Positions 25,574-34,195 of a stretch of 35,350 nucleotides of DNA are shown here, one piece after another. The stretch comes from a virus (Duplodnaviria > Caudoviricetes): positions 1 to 35,350 of IMG/VR virus record IMGVR_UViG_3300044608_002164; one strand, 5' to 3'. The notes beneath the pieces were generated by a model. That model was not told where the DNA came from and did not search any database. It saw nothing but the letters and a program-made list of their open reading frames with translations. The position numbers and the translations under genes are program-made. How positions within the stretch are numbered: position 1 is the first letter of the stretch; each line of letters starts with the position of its first letter.

Positions 25574-25749
25574 GGCAGTAGATAGCGAAGGGTGGAACGG
25601 TCGGTCGGGGCGCCACCTAGCAGCGTGGCGCGGGCCTCAGTGGAGCGCTGCAGCATCCGTGCCGCATCGCACCCCAGGGAATAACCCAGACAGCCGACCA
25701 TAAATGCGAGCACGGCAACGGCTGCCAGGGTGGTGCGGGGTCCAGTCAT
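25570..25749 (-). CDS. Small membrane protein
   Basis: MTGPRTTLAAVAVLAFMVGCLGYSLG; ATGA overlaps on both sides. Confidence 0.5.
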   Translation of the reverse strand: MTGPRTTLAAVAVLAFMVGCLGYSLGCDAARMLQRSTEARATLLGGAPTDRSTLRYLLP

Positions 25750-26141
25750 GCCGCCCCCTGTTCGGCTTGCGGATTGCGGGCATGGATCACTCCGGCATCC
25801 AGTAGTCGGCCATCTGGCAGCCGGAATAGCTGGCTTGACGTGAAACCGGTAGTGGTTCGGCCCAGCACGCTGACGCGGCCTTCTAGTCCGTAACCAGCCT
25901 CGCGCAGCGCGTACAGGGTACGGGACCCGTACAGGGTCACAGCTACGATCGAAGAGAACGGCCCCCAGTCGTACGTCAGGCACGGCGCCACGAACCGGAC
26001 GGGAAGGCTCCAAGGTCCGATTGTTTGGAGATCGCCGCGGCCATCTTCCAGGGTGGGGCGCACGTAGGCGGTCCACTGGGCTTCAGTGATGGGAACGCAG
26101 CCGGGCTCAGCCGGTAGCGTCAAGGGTGGGAGCTTTCTCAT
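25746..26141 (-). CDS. Hypothetical protein, first gene after the leftward sigma70 promoter
   Basis: 131 aa; GYGLEGRVSVLGR...GFTSSQLF. Confidence 0.6.
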   Translation of the reverse strand: MRKLPPLTLPAEPGCVPITEAQWTAYVRPTLEDGRGDLQTIGPWSLPVRFVAPCLTYDWGPFSSIVAVTLYGSRTLYALREAGYGLEGRVSVLGRTTTGFTSSQLFRLPDGRLLDAGVIHARNPQAEQGAA

Positions 26142-26188
26142 TGCGAAGCGTGGAGAGTGGCGCGGGTCGGCCTTGCCTCTCGCCTCTC

Positions 26189-26218
26189 ATTCTAACCACA
26201 CTTCCCGCCGGATGGCAA
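26189..26218 (-). promoter_or_regulatory. Host-type sigma70 promoter TTGCCA-N18-TAGAAT
   Basis: -35 at 26218-26213 and -10 at 26194-26189, pointing into the leftward gene series. Confidence 0.6.
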
Positions 26219-26224
26219 CCTAGG
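26214..26224 (+). promoter_or_regulatory. Late-gene motif GGCAACCTAGG, copy 3
   Basis: 23 nt before ATG 26248. Confidence 0.6.
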
Positions 26225-26247
26225 TACAAGGGAGGCATTGTGAGTCG

Positions 26248-26592
26248 ATGGGAGAACCTGTACGGCGTCGGTTCTCTGCTCTGGAGACTGCGGAGCAGAT
26301 AGACACGGTGCGAGGGTGGCTCTCTGACGGACTGCGGCCATTTGAGATCCGTGCGAGGTGCGGCGAAACGTGGGGCCTGAAGACACGCGCGGCAGAGAGC
26401 CGCATCGCCGCAGCACGCCAAGCAATGGTGCGAGATATTGACGCGATCGATCGGAAAGAGCTTGCAGCGCAAGCGCTAGAGACTTTGCTAAAGGTGCAAG
26501 AGATGAGTCTTAAAACGAAACAAGGCAGTAACGCCATAGGATCCACACGCCTAATGCTGGAGCTTGCGGGAATCCTGGGGCGCACCAGCTAA
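26248..26592 (+). CDS. terS: Putative terminase small subunit
   Basis: N-terminal HTH (WGLKTRAAESRIAAAR), helical C-terminus, late motif and GGAGG upstream, same strand as and about 0.8 kb before terL. Confidence 0.6.
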   Translation: MGEPVRRRFSALETAEQIDTVRGWLSDGLRPFEIRARCGETWGLKTRAAESRIAAARQAMVRDIDAIDRKELAAQALETLLKVQEMSLKTKQGSNAIGSTRLMLELAGILGRTS

Positions 26593-26611
26593 GGCACAGT
26601 GGCTAGCGCTG

Positions 26612-26821
26612 TCAGGCTGCCGCTGCAAGCGTGGCGCGGACACGGTAGCGTGTTACGCCTAGGTGGCTCGCGATCTTCCGTTGCGGCCACCCATAGGCAG
26701 CCAGGCGTCGGATCCGCTGATCTCGTGAGAGCGTGGCGCAGTCCAGCACGAGCAGGGGGAGCGTCAAGGCCACTAGGGCCCATAGCAGGGTGGTTAGGCA
26801 GGCGCAGAGGATGGGGCGCAT
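26612..26821 (-). CDS. Transmembrane helix plus HTH protein
   Basis: LTTLLWALVALTLPLLVL then RIRRLAAYGWPQRKIASHLGVTRYRVR. Confidence 0.6.
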   Translation of the reverse strand: MRPILCACLTTLLWALVALTLPLLVLDCATLSRDQRIRRLAAYGWPQRKIASHLGVTRYRVRATLAAAA

Positions 26822-26856
26822 GGGGGAGCGGTTGTAGTGGTTGCGTGTGGAGCGGG

Positions 26857-27063
26857 TCAGCGGCGCTGCCGCACCGGAACCACACGGCCGGTAGCTGAGT
26901 CGTGCCACATAACGGCGACCGGTACTCCGCAGTTTTCCGCGGCGGCGCGAACATAACGACAGCGCATATGGGCCTGGGTAAGCGTCATTAGCCGTGTTGC
27001 CTGAATCCCGTTGATGAACAGGGAAAAGGTCTCTTGGTTGGCAGGAATGGAAGGGGTTTTCAT
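26857..27063 (-). CDS. Hypothetical protein
   Basis: MKTPSIPANQETFSLFING...; start 27063 preferred. Confidence 0.45.
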   Translation of the reverse strand: MKTPSIPANQETFSLFINGIQATRLMTLTQAHMRCRYVRAAAENCGVPVAVMWHDSATGRVVPVRQRR

Positions 27064-27296
27064 CAGGAGGGGGCGGTGGGGAGCTTGTGAGCGGGAGGAG
27101 CAGAGAGACACGGGACCTTAGGTGGGGTGTGGTGGTGACGGAAGGCAGCGCTGCACCCTCTCACCTAAACCGCCCCTTGCACCCTGCTCTCACCTCTCAC
27201 TCTACATCATCACGCCCACCTTTGCATGGATCGCCCCACTACCACACGGCGCGGCGCCCTGTGACCCCCCGTTACAAATCGTTACCCTCCCCCCAC

Positions 27297-27315
27297 GGGA
27301 ATGATTATCGTTCCC
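27297..27315. promoter_or_regulatory. Fur-box-like 9-1-9 palindrome
   Basis: GGGAATGAT-T-ATCGTTCCC; 13/19 match to GATAATGATAATCATTATC by hand count. Confidence 0.45.
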
Positions 27316-27426
27316 GGGGTGCTACCCAACACTCTCTGGTCAACCCCATTTTGAACTACCCTCACACTCTACCACCCTGCCCCCTACCCCCCGTTACATT
27401 GCTATGCAAGAACTCCCCCAAGTGGT

Positions 27427-28824
27427 ATGAGCCTGCTGGCCCGAATCCCCGCAGGCGGCTGCCTCACCACCCCCACCAGCAGTGGAACGCGCTGCACCGA
27501 CGCCCTCGATAAGCTCCGCCCCCGCATCCTCGACAGCCTGATCCCCCACCAACGCGACTTCTGCGTGGATCGGGACACCAAAATCCTCGGCCTCTGCGCC
27601 GGCTTCGGCGCCGGCAAGACCCGCGCCCTCTGCGCCAAGGTCATCATCCAGGCCACCTACAACCCCAACACGGTCATGGCCGTGTTCGAGCCCACCAACA
27701 TCATGATCCGCGACGTGTGGCTCCGCGAGTTCGACCTATTCCTCGAAGAGTTCGACATCCCCCACGACTTCCGCGTCTCCCCCCAACCTGAATACACCAT
27801 CCACACCCCAAGTGGAACGACCTCCCTCCTCTGCCGCGCCACCGAAACCTTCAACCGCATCCGCGGCCAAAACCTCTCCTTCGCCTGCGCCGACGAAATC
27901 GACACCTCCCCCCAACTCATCGCCGAAAAAGCCGTCGAAATGATCCTCGCCCGCCTCCGCGGTGGATCGCTCCCCCAACTCGCCCTCGCCTCCACCCCCG
28001 AGGGCTACCGCGCCATGCACCGCCTCTTCGTCCAGGACTTCCACGACGCCGAAGCCACCTCCAACGTGGAACGCCTCACCACCCTCCAGCGCGAGCGCCG
28101 CCTCATCCGCGCCCGCACCGCCGACAACCCCCACCTCCCCCCGGGCTTCATCGACACCCTCAAGTCCACCTACCCCCCACAACTCCTCGCCTCCTACCTC
28201 GAAGGCCAATTCGCCAACCTCGAAAACACCACCGTCTACTCCTACTTCGACCGCGACACCCACTGGTGCGACACCGAAATCGAACCCGACGACCGCCTAT
28301 TCGTCGGCTGCGACTTCAACATCAACGCCGTCTTCACCGAAATCCTCGTCCGCCGCGACTCCGAGTTCCACGTCGTCGCCGAGCACCACCCCAAAGACAC
28401 CCCCACGATGGTTCGCCTCCTCCAAGACACCTACAAATCCCACTTCAAGGCCGGCGAAATCGTCATCATCCCCGACGCCGCCTCCCGCCACCGCAGCACC
28501 ACCAACGCCGCCGAGTCCGACCTCTCCATCCTCCGCAAAGCCGGCTTCCCCATCAAAAACCAACTCGCCAACCCCCCAATCGAGGACCGCGTGAACTGCG
28601 TCAACATGCTCCTCCTCGCCAACCGCCTCCGCGTCCACAACCGCTGCCGCTACCTCATCCGCGCCCTCGAACAACAAGCCTACGACTCAAGTGGAAAGCC
28701 CGCCAAAGGCCGCGGCGGCCTCGACGACCCCTCCGGCCCCGTTGACGCCCTCGGCTACGCCGCCTACAAACTCGCCCCCCTCCGCCGCTACGCCACCGGC
28801 TCCAGCAGCTTCCCCACCTACTGA
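27427..28824 (+). CDS. terL: Terminase large subunit
   Basis: PHQRDF, Walker A AGFGAGKT, RIRGQN, Walker B ACADEID, ASTPEG, TADNPHLP, nuclease VGCDFN and DALGY. Confidence 0.95.
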   Translation: MSLLARIPAGGCLTTPTSSGTRCTDALDKLRPRILDSLIPHQRDFCVDRDTKILGLCAGFGAGKTRALCAKVIIQATYNPNTVMAVFEPTNIMIRDVWLREFDLFLEEFDIPHDFRVSPQPEYTIHTPSGTTSLLCRATETFNRIRGQNLSFACADEIDTSPQLIAEKAVEMILARLRGGSLPQLALASTPEGYRAMHRLFVQDFHDAEATSNVERLTTLQRERRLIRARTADNPHLPPGFIDTLKSTYPPQLLASYLEGQFANLENTTVYSYFDRDTHWCDTEIEPDDRLFVGCDFNINAVFTEILVRRDSEFHVVAEHHPKDTPTMVRLLQDTYKSHFKAGEIVIIPDAASRHRSTTNAAESDLSILRKAGFPIKNQLANPPIEDRVNCVNMLLLANRLRVHNRCRYLIRALEQQAYDSSGKPAKGRGGLDDPSGPVDALGYAAYKLAPLRRYATGSSSFPTY

Positions 28825-28870
28825 GCGCTACACTAATAGAAGACCGCCAACCGCTTATCCCGTGGATACA

Positions 28871-29029
28871 ATGAGACCCTGCGTCTTCGTACCATGCCTG
28901 GTCCTAGCAATTTTTGCTGGACAGGTCATAGCATTCTTTGGCTCTCGCTACTTGGCTTGTGTGGACGTGTACGGCCCCCAACTCTGCGCCGAGTACATCA
29001 CCGAGCGCCTGCCACGGAGAAAGCCGTGA
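28871..29029 (+). CDS. Small membrane protein
   Basis: MRPCVFVPCLVLAIFAGQVIAFFG; TACACT at 28829-28834; less C-skewed than flanking genes. Confidence 0.45.
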   Translation: MRPCVFVPCLVLAIFAGQVIAFFGSRYLACVDVYGPQLCAEYITERLPRRKP

Positions 29030-29078
29030 CCCACGCCCAATGGGCGCCCTACGGTGAGGGCATCCTCACCACCTGACC

Positions 29079-29261
29079 ATGCCCCTCAAACGTGGCACGT
29101 CCAGCAAGACCGTCAGCAGCAACGTCCGCAAACTCATGGACGAGGGCTACACCCAAAAGCAAGCCGTAGCCATCGCCCTCTCAAAGCGGGGCAAGCGGGG
29201 CAAGCCCCGCAAATCCAGCGACAAGGACACCCACAAGGGCAAAGATCGGGATAGGAAGTAG
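29079..29261 (+). CDS. Small basic protein (KQAVAIALS type)
   Basis: [36 protein letters not shown]. Confidence 0.75.
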   Translation: MPLKRGTSSKTVSSNVRKLMDEGYTQKQAVAIALSKRGKRGKPRKSSDKDTHKGKDRDRK

Positions 29262-29270
29262 CACCGCTCT

Positions 29271-29281
29271 GGAAAACTAGG
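29271..29281 (+). promoter_or_regulatory. Late-gene motif GGAAAACTAGG, copy 4
   Basis: Intergenic, 23 nt before the portal GTG. Confidence 0.65.
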
Positions 29282-29304
29282 GTAGTACCGCCTCTGCGTG
29301 GATC

Positions 29305-30918
29305 GTGAGCGACAACAGCAGCTACCCCGTCGCCGCCGCCATCCCCGCAGCCCCGGCCTACAACCTCCCGCTTCCATCGGGCGTCAACGACTCCGACCCC
29401 TCGAAGCGCTCCCAACTCGTCCAAACGATGGAGCCCGACTGGGCCCCCATCGACCTCTGCGTCGGCGGCACCACCGCACTCCGCGCCAACAGCACCACAT
29501 ACATCCCCAAGGAACCCCGCGAGGACGCCGAAGCCTACAACCGCCGCATCTTCCACGCCACCCTCCCGCCCTTCCTGACCCGCCTTGCCTCCCAAGCCGC
29601 GGGCGTCATCCTCCGCAAAGGCATCCAGATCGAGGGCGACGACTACTGGACCACCTGGGCCAAGGACGTAACCGGCGACGGCACCACCCTCGACGAATAC
29701 GCCCGCACCAAACTCATCACCGCCTTCCTCTACGGCCACCACAGCACCATCGTCGATTTCCCCGACGCCGCCCCCGCCTCCAACCTCGCCGAAGAACGCG
29801 CCCAAGCCCGCACCCCCTACCTCGTCCCCATCACCCCCAAACAAATCCTGGGGTGGCGCACCTCCGGCACCAGCTGGTCGAGCGCCCTCTCCCAAGTCCG
29901 CATCCGCGAGACCGTCATCCTCACCGAAGAACTCGGCCGCTTCGGCGAGGAAATCACCGACCAAATCCGCGTCCTCGAACCCGGCCGCTACGAACTCTGG
30001 CGCCCCAAAACCCCCCGCACCAACCTCCCCCCAAACAACCAAATCCCTGGCCCCACCTCCTGGGAGATTTACAAATCCGGCACAACCAGCCTAGAGCGGA
30101 TCCCCCTCGTCACCGTCTACGCCAACCGCCGCGGCAATCTCCTCAGCACCCCACCCCTCCTCGAAATCGCCCACCTCGTCATCGCCTACGCGCAGCGCTT
30201 TTGCGACTACCACCACTCCATCCACGTCGGCGCCTCCCCCATCCTCACCCTCCTCGGCTTCGACGACACCGAACTCAAAGATGGAGAGGCCGGTCTCTCC
30301 GTCAACAACGCCGTCCTCCTCCCCATCGGCGGCGACGCCAAATACGTCGAGCCCACGTCGGACGCCTTCGACGCCCAGCTCAAGTGCCTCGCCGCCCTCG
30401 AAGATCAAATCTCCCGCCTCGGCATCAACACGCTCACACAACAAAACTTAACAAACGCTGCCGCCGAGTCCCGCCGCCTCGACCGCATCGACAACGACTC
30501 GATCATGGCCGTCATCGCGGGCGACCTCGAACGCGCCATCCGCGAAATCTTCGACATCGCCTCCGCCTACGTCGGAATCGAACCCCCCGAAGTCTCCATC
30601 CCCCGCGACTACGAAAACCGCCTCCTCGACGGCAACCAAGTCACCGCCTACCTGCAACTCTTCATGCAAAAGGCGATCAGCCACAAGACCCTCATCACCA
30701 TCCTCCGCGATGGCGAGGTCCTCCCCGCCAGCCTCGACCCCGACGAGGAAATCTCCGCCGTCCAGGAAATGCTCGAAGAGCAACTCGCCATGAACCGCCT
30801 CCGCCTCAACGACTCCCCGGGTGGTGCGGACCTCGCCTTCCAGAACGCCGGCCAAGGCGAGTCCCTCAACAGCCAGACCCTCCCCACCCCCATGCGCCCC
30901 GGCCGCAACGCCGACTAG
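29305..30918 (+). CDS. Portal protein (DUF4055 type)
   Basis: GGTTALR...YIPKEPREDAEAYNRRI, DVTGDGTTL, IPLVTVY...PPLLEIAHL; position after terL. Confidence 0.85.
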   Translation: MSDNSSYPVAAAIPAAPAYNLPLPSGVNDSDPSKRSQLVQTMEPDWAPIDLCVGGTTALRANSTTYIPKEPREDAEAYNRRIFHATLPPFLTRLASQAAGVILRKGIQIEGDDYWTTWAKDVTGDGTTLDEYARTKLITAFLYGHHSTIVDFPDAAPASNLAEERAQARTPYLVPITPKQILGWRTSGTSWSSALSQVRIRETVILTEELGRFGEEITDQIRVLEPGRYELWRPKTPRTNLPPNNQIPGPTSWEIYKSGTTSLERIPLVTVYANRRGNLLSTPPLLEIAHLVIAYAQRFCDYHHSIHVGASPILTLLGFDDTELKDGEAGLSVNNAVLLPIGGDAKYVEPTSDAFDAQLKCLAALEDQISRLGINTLTQQNLTNAAAESRRLDRIDNDSIMAVIAGDLERAIREIFDIASAYVGIEPPEVSIPRDYENRLLDGNQVTAYLQLFMQKAISHKTLITILRDGEVLPASLDPDEEISAVQEMLEEQLAMNRLRLNDSPGGADLAFQNAGQGESLNSQTLPTPMRPGRNAD

Positions 30919-30941
30919 CGCCGCACTGACCCCTACCACCC

Positions 30942-31748
30942 ATGACCGAGCAGGAACTTCTCACCGCCCTCGCCCGCGCCCTCACCCGCCGCGAGGACCT
31001 GCTGCGCTCCGAACTCCGCCCCCAAATCCTCGAACTCATCCTTCGCATCCGCGCCCTCCTCCTGCAGTCGTTCGCCCCCACCGCCTCCGCCCCCCTCCGC
31101 AGCTTCCTCTACGCCCAACTCCGCCCCGAGATCCTCGCCCTCATCCAACCCTTCACCAACACCTACTACACCTCCATCCGCGCCATCCTCCCCGAGGTCC
31201 ACGCCGACCTCCGCCGCATCAACGCTGCCTACTTCAACATCACCCCCGACGCCCTCCCCACTCCCACCCTCACCGCCCTCCTCACCAGCGCCACCATCCT
31301 CAATCGCTCCGCCAGCGCCCTCCTCTCCCCCTCCCCCAACGGCATCTCTCCCCTAACCCTCCAGCTGGAACGCTTACTGGACACCACCATCCAGGCCGCC
31401 ATCCTCCGCGACGAGCCCAACGACCGCCTCGCCTCCCTCCTCATCACCGCCACCAACGCCGGCCCCGCCATCCGCAAAGGCACCGTCGCCAACGCCTGGG
31501 TGGAACGCCTTCGCGCCACCAACTCCGCCCTCCTCTGGTCGCTCGTCCCCTCCGTCCAAACCGAAGCCGCCGCCCTCGCCGACCCGCCACCCCGCGCTTG
31601 GCGATGGAACGCAATCCTCGACCCCGACACATGCCCAATCTGCCGCCCTCTGCATAAGACGCTCGCGGCCACCCCCGAAGACTTTCCCCACGGCCCGCCA
31701 CCTCTCCACCCCCTTTGTCGCTGCATTCCTATCCCCGTGTGGGGCTAA
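30942..31748 (+). CDS. Minor head / head morphogenesis protein (Mu gpF-like)
   Basis: WRWNAILDPDTCPICRPLH...PPPLHPLCRC. Confidence 0.8.
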   Translation: MTEQELLTALARALTRREDLLRSELRPQILELILRIRALLLQSFAPTASAPLRSFLYAQLRPEILALIQPFTNTYYTSIRAILPEVHADLRRINAAYFNITPDALPTPTLTALLTSATILNRSASALLSPSPNGISPLTLQLERLLDTTIQAAILRDEPNDRLASLLITATNAGPAIRKGTVANAWVERLRATNSALLWSLVPSVQTEAAALADPPPRAWRWNAILDPDTCPICRPLHKTLAATPEDFPHGPPPLHPLCRCIPIPVWG

Positions 31749-31777
31749 CGTTTGGCCGCCCAAGTAGATCGCGGCTC

Positions 31778-31788
31778 GGCAAACTAGG
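31778..31788 (+). promoter_or_regulatory. Late-gene motif GGCAAACTAGG, copy 5
   Basis: Intergenic, 21 nt before the scaffold GTG. Confidence 0.65.
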
Positions 31789-31809
31789 AGTGTACCCTCA
31801 CTTAACCGC

Positions 31810-32544
31810 GTGGCTGAACAAGTCAACGGGGTTCCTCCGGTGGAGGAATCGAGTGCATCCGCGATGCCCTCACCCGACGCACCCGGCAACTCTTCCGACG
31901 AGCTTGCCCGCCTCCGGGCGAAACTCGAACTCGTCACCAGCGACAAGCAGCGAGCCGGCGAGAAAAACGCCGCCCTCAACGCCCGCCTCCAAGAACTGGA
32001 AGAGTCGCTCCGTGCGACGCAGGCCCAGCTCAAAGACGGCCAGACTCAAAAGCTGGCCGACTCCGGCGAGTACAAACGACTCTGGGAAGAGGCCAAGGAA
32101 ACCAACCTCCAGCTCGAACGCCAACTTGCAGATCTCCGGGCCGAACTTGACGCCGTGCGCCAAGACAACGCCGCCGAGAAACTCGTCTCCCGAGCCCTCG
32201 TCGAGATCGGCCAAGCTGACGCCCGCAGCCCCGAGCAACTCCTCGACCTCCTCAAATCCAACCTCACCGAGGTAGGTGGAAAGCCCGCAGTCATCACCGG
32301 CGGCATTGAAGTCCCCCTCTCCGAGTACCTGACGCGCCTACGCGCCCCCGACTCGGGGTGGGACCACCACTTCAAGGCCACCGGCGCCCGAGGTATGGGA
32401 ACCGCCCCCACGGTGCCCACTGGCACCGCCCCCGCGACCAACCCCTACCTCCAATCCCCGCCGAACCTCGACGAGATCGCTCGCCTCTACACCGAGGACC
32501 GCGCTCTCCACGATCGCTACAAAGCCGAGGCCTTTCGAGGCTGA
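31810..32544 (+). CDS. Capsid scaffolding protein
   Basis: Long coiled coil, GEYKRLWEE, Gly/Pro-rich C-terminal region with NP motif; directly before the major capsid gene. Confidence 0.8.
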   Translation: MAEQVNGVPPVEESSASAMPSPDAPGNSSDELARLRAKLELVTSDKQRAGEKNAALNARLQELEESLRATQAQLKDGQTQKLADSGEYKRLWEEAKETNLQLERQLADLRAELDAVRQDNAAEKLVSRALVEIGQADARSPEQLLDLLKSNLTEVGGKPAVITGGIEVPLSEYLTRLRAPDSGWDHHFKATGARGMGTAPTVPTGTAPATNPYLQSPPNLDEIARLYTEDRALHDRYKAEAFRG

Positions 32545-32578
32545 GCGGTACGCCCACCACAACCCCTGAGATCCAGCC

Positions 32579-33634
32579 ATGGCTGCTGTCCTGCGCAGCG
32601 ACGTAATCATCCCCGAGATTTTTACGCCGTACCTCATCGAGGCTTCCACCGTCCGCAACAGTTTCCTGATGTCGGGAGTGGTTACCGCCCTCGACGCCCT
32701 CAACGCCACCGAGGGTGGCGATACCGTCAACATCCCCAACTGGAAGGCCAACCTCGACGGTGACGCCGAGCGCCTTACCGACACCACCAGCCTCACCCCC
32801 GGCAAAATCAGCGCCGACAAACAGGTCGGCGTGATCCTCCACCGGGGCCGTGCGTGGGAAGCCCGCGACCTCGCCAGCATGGCCGCCGGCTCCAACGCCA
32901 TGGGCGCCATCGGCGACAAGAGTGCTGACTACATTGCTAACCAGCAACAGAAAGACCTGATCGCCGCAATGACCGGTGTCTTTGGCGCCCTGGGTAGCTC
33001 CAACGCCGGCGCGGCCTTCGAGGACCTCTGCGTTGACGCGAGTGGGTCGGGCGAAACCAACCTCGGCCCCCGCCAAATCGCCGCCGCCGAAGTCATCCTC
33101 AACGAGGACGCCGACAAACTCGGCGCCATCCTCATGCACCCCCGGGTCTACGCCGACCTCAAGGAGCGCAAGGCGATCGACTTCGTGACCGCCACCGATG
33201 CCCGCGTCACCGCCTCCACGGTGGCCGCCGGTAGCATCCAGGCCCTCAACGCCTTCGGCGGCTCCATCGCGGCGGCCTACACCGCCAACCTCGCGGTCCC
33301 CTTCTACATGGGGATGCGCGTGATCCGCTCCAAGGATGTCCCCACCTCCGGCAGTGGCTCGTCCACCAAGTACGCCTGCTACGTCATGGCGACCGGCGCC
33401 GTGGGCACCGGCCAACAGGCCGCCCTCCGCTCTGAGACCGACCGCGACATCCTCGCCAAGTCGAGCGCGATGTCCGTGGACTGGCACAACGTCTACCACC
33501 CCCTCGGCTCCCGTTACAAGGGACCCGTCAACCCCACCCGCGAGACCCTCGCCACCGCCACCAACTGGGAAAAGGTCTTCGAGACCGAGAACATCGGAAT
33601 CGTTCGCCTCACCGTCACCAGCTCCTACGACTGA
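32579..33634 (+). CDS. Major capsid protein
   Basis: SDVIIPEIFTPY, GGDTVNIPNW, RGRAW, ILMHPRVYADL, ETDRDIL, YHPLG, LATATNWEKV. Confidence 0.9.
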   Translation: MAAVLRSDVIIPEIFTPYLIEASTVRNSFLMSGVVTALDALNATEGGDTVNIPNWKANLDGDAERLTDTTSLTPGKISADKQVGVILHRGRAWEARDLASMAAGSNAMGAIGDKSADYIANQQQKDLIAAMTGVFGALGSSNAGAAFEDLCVDASGSGETNLGPRQIAAAEVILNEDADKLGAILMHPRVYADLKERKAIDFVTATDARVTASTVAAGSIQALNAFGGSIAAAYTANLAVPFYMGMRVIRSKDVPTSGSGSSTKYACYVMATGAVGTGQQAALRSETDRDILAKSSAMSVDWHNVYHPLGSRYKGPVNPTRETLATATNWEKVFETENIGIVRLTVTSSYD

Positions 33635-33710
33635 GGCTCGGGCTAGCGCCCTCGCCGGTAACCGCCCCGCCACCGCGGCGGGGCACCTCCCTTCCCACTA
33701 GGACCCACCC

Positions 33711-34118
33711 ATGGCTTCCCTCTTCGAGCTGGGCGACATCCCCGGCGGCCTGATCCCCAGCCAGATGAAACTGGCTGAGCCCACGGCCACCGCCACCCTC
33801 AGCACGGCCAACAGCTACAACGTCATCATCCGCGGCGTTCCCACCGCCGCCGCCACCTACACCACCGCCAGCGCCACCGCGATCGTCTCCGCCATCGGCG
33901 GCGACTGCGAGATCGGCACCACCTTCCAGGTCGTGGTCATCAACGCCTCCGCGGGCGCCAACACCATCACCTTCGCAGGCGGCGACGGCGTAACCGTGTC
34001 GGGCGTGGCCACCGTGGCCCAGAACGCCTCCAAGGTCTTCCTCGGCCGCGTCACCGGCGTCACCACCCCCGCCATCACCCTCTACGGCCTCGGCTCCGTC
34101 GCCGCTGCCGCCGCGTGA
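33711..34118 (+). CDS. Putative head decoration / structural protein
   Basis: Ala/Thr/Gly-rich beta protein directly after the major capsid gene and before a terminator. Confidence 0.6.
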   Translation: MASLFELGDIPGGLIPSQMKLAEPTATATLSTANSYNVIIRGVPTAAATYTTASATAIVSAIGGDCEIGTTFQVVVINASAGANTITFAGGDGVTVSGVATVAQNASKVFLGRVTGVTTPAITLYGLGSVAAAAA

Positions 34119-34150
34119 TGGGAGCGCTTCGCGCCCTCTATAACATCGCT

Positions 34151-34177
34151 GCCCCGCTTTCCGCGGGGCTTTTTCTT
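34151..34177 (+). terminator. Intrinsic terminator after the capsid genes
   Basis: GCCCCGC-TTTCC-GCGGGGC followed by TTTTTCTT. Confidence 0.8.
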
Positions 34178-34195
34178 CTTCCGAGTGGATAGCCC

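Noticed and set aside
29298-30929. 543-aa Arg/Pro/His-rich ORF, and similar long ORFs at 5694-7100, 2302-3339 and 32372-33673
   Set aside because: Alternate-frame or antisense shadows of portal, polA, endolysin and major capsid genes, caused by high GC and codon bias.
33664-33684. Hairpin after the major capsid gene as a terminator
   Set aside because: 8-bp GC stem but no U tract; more likely an mRNA stability or processing element.
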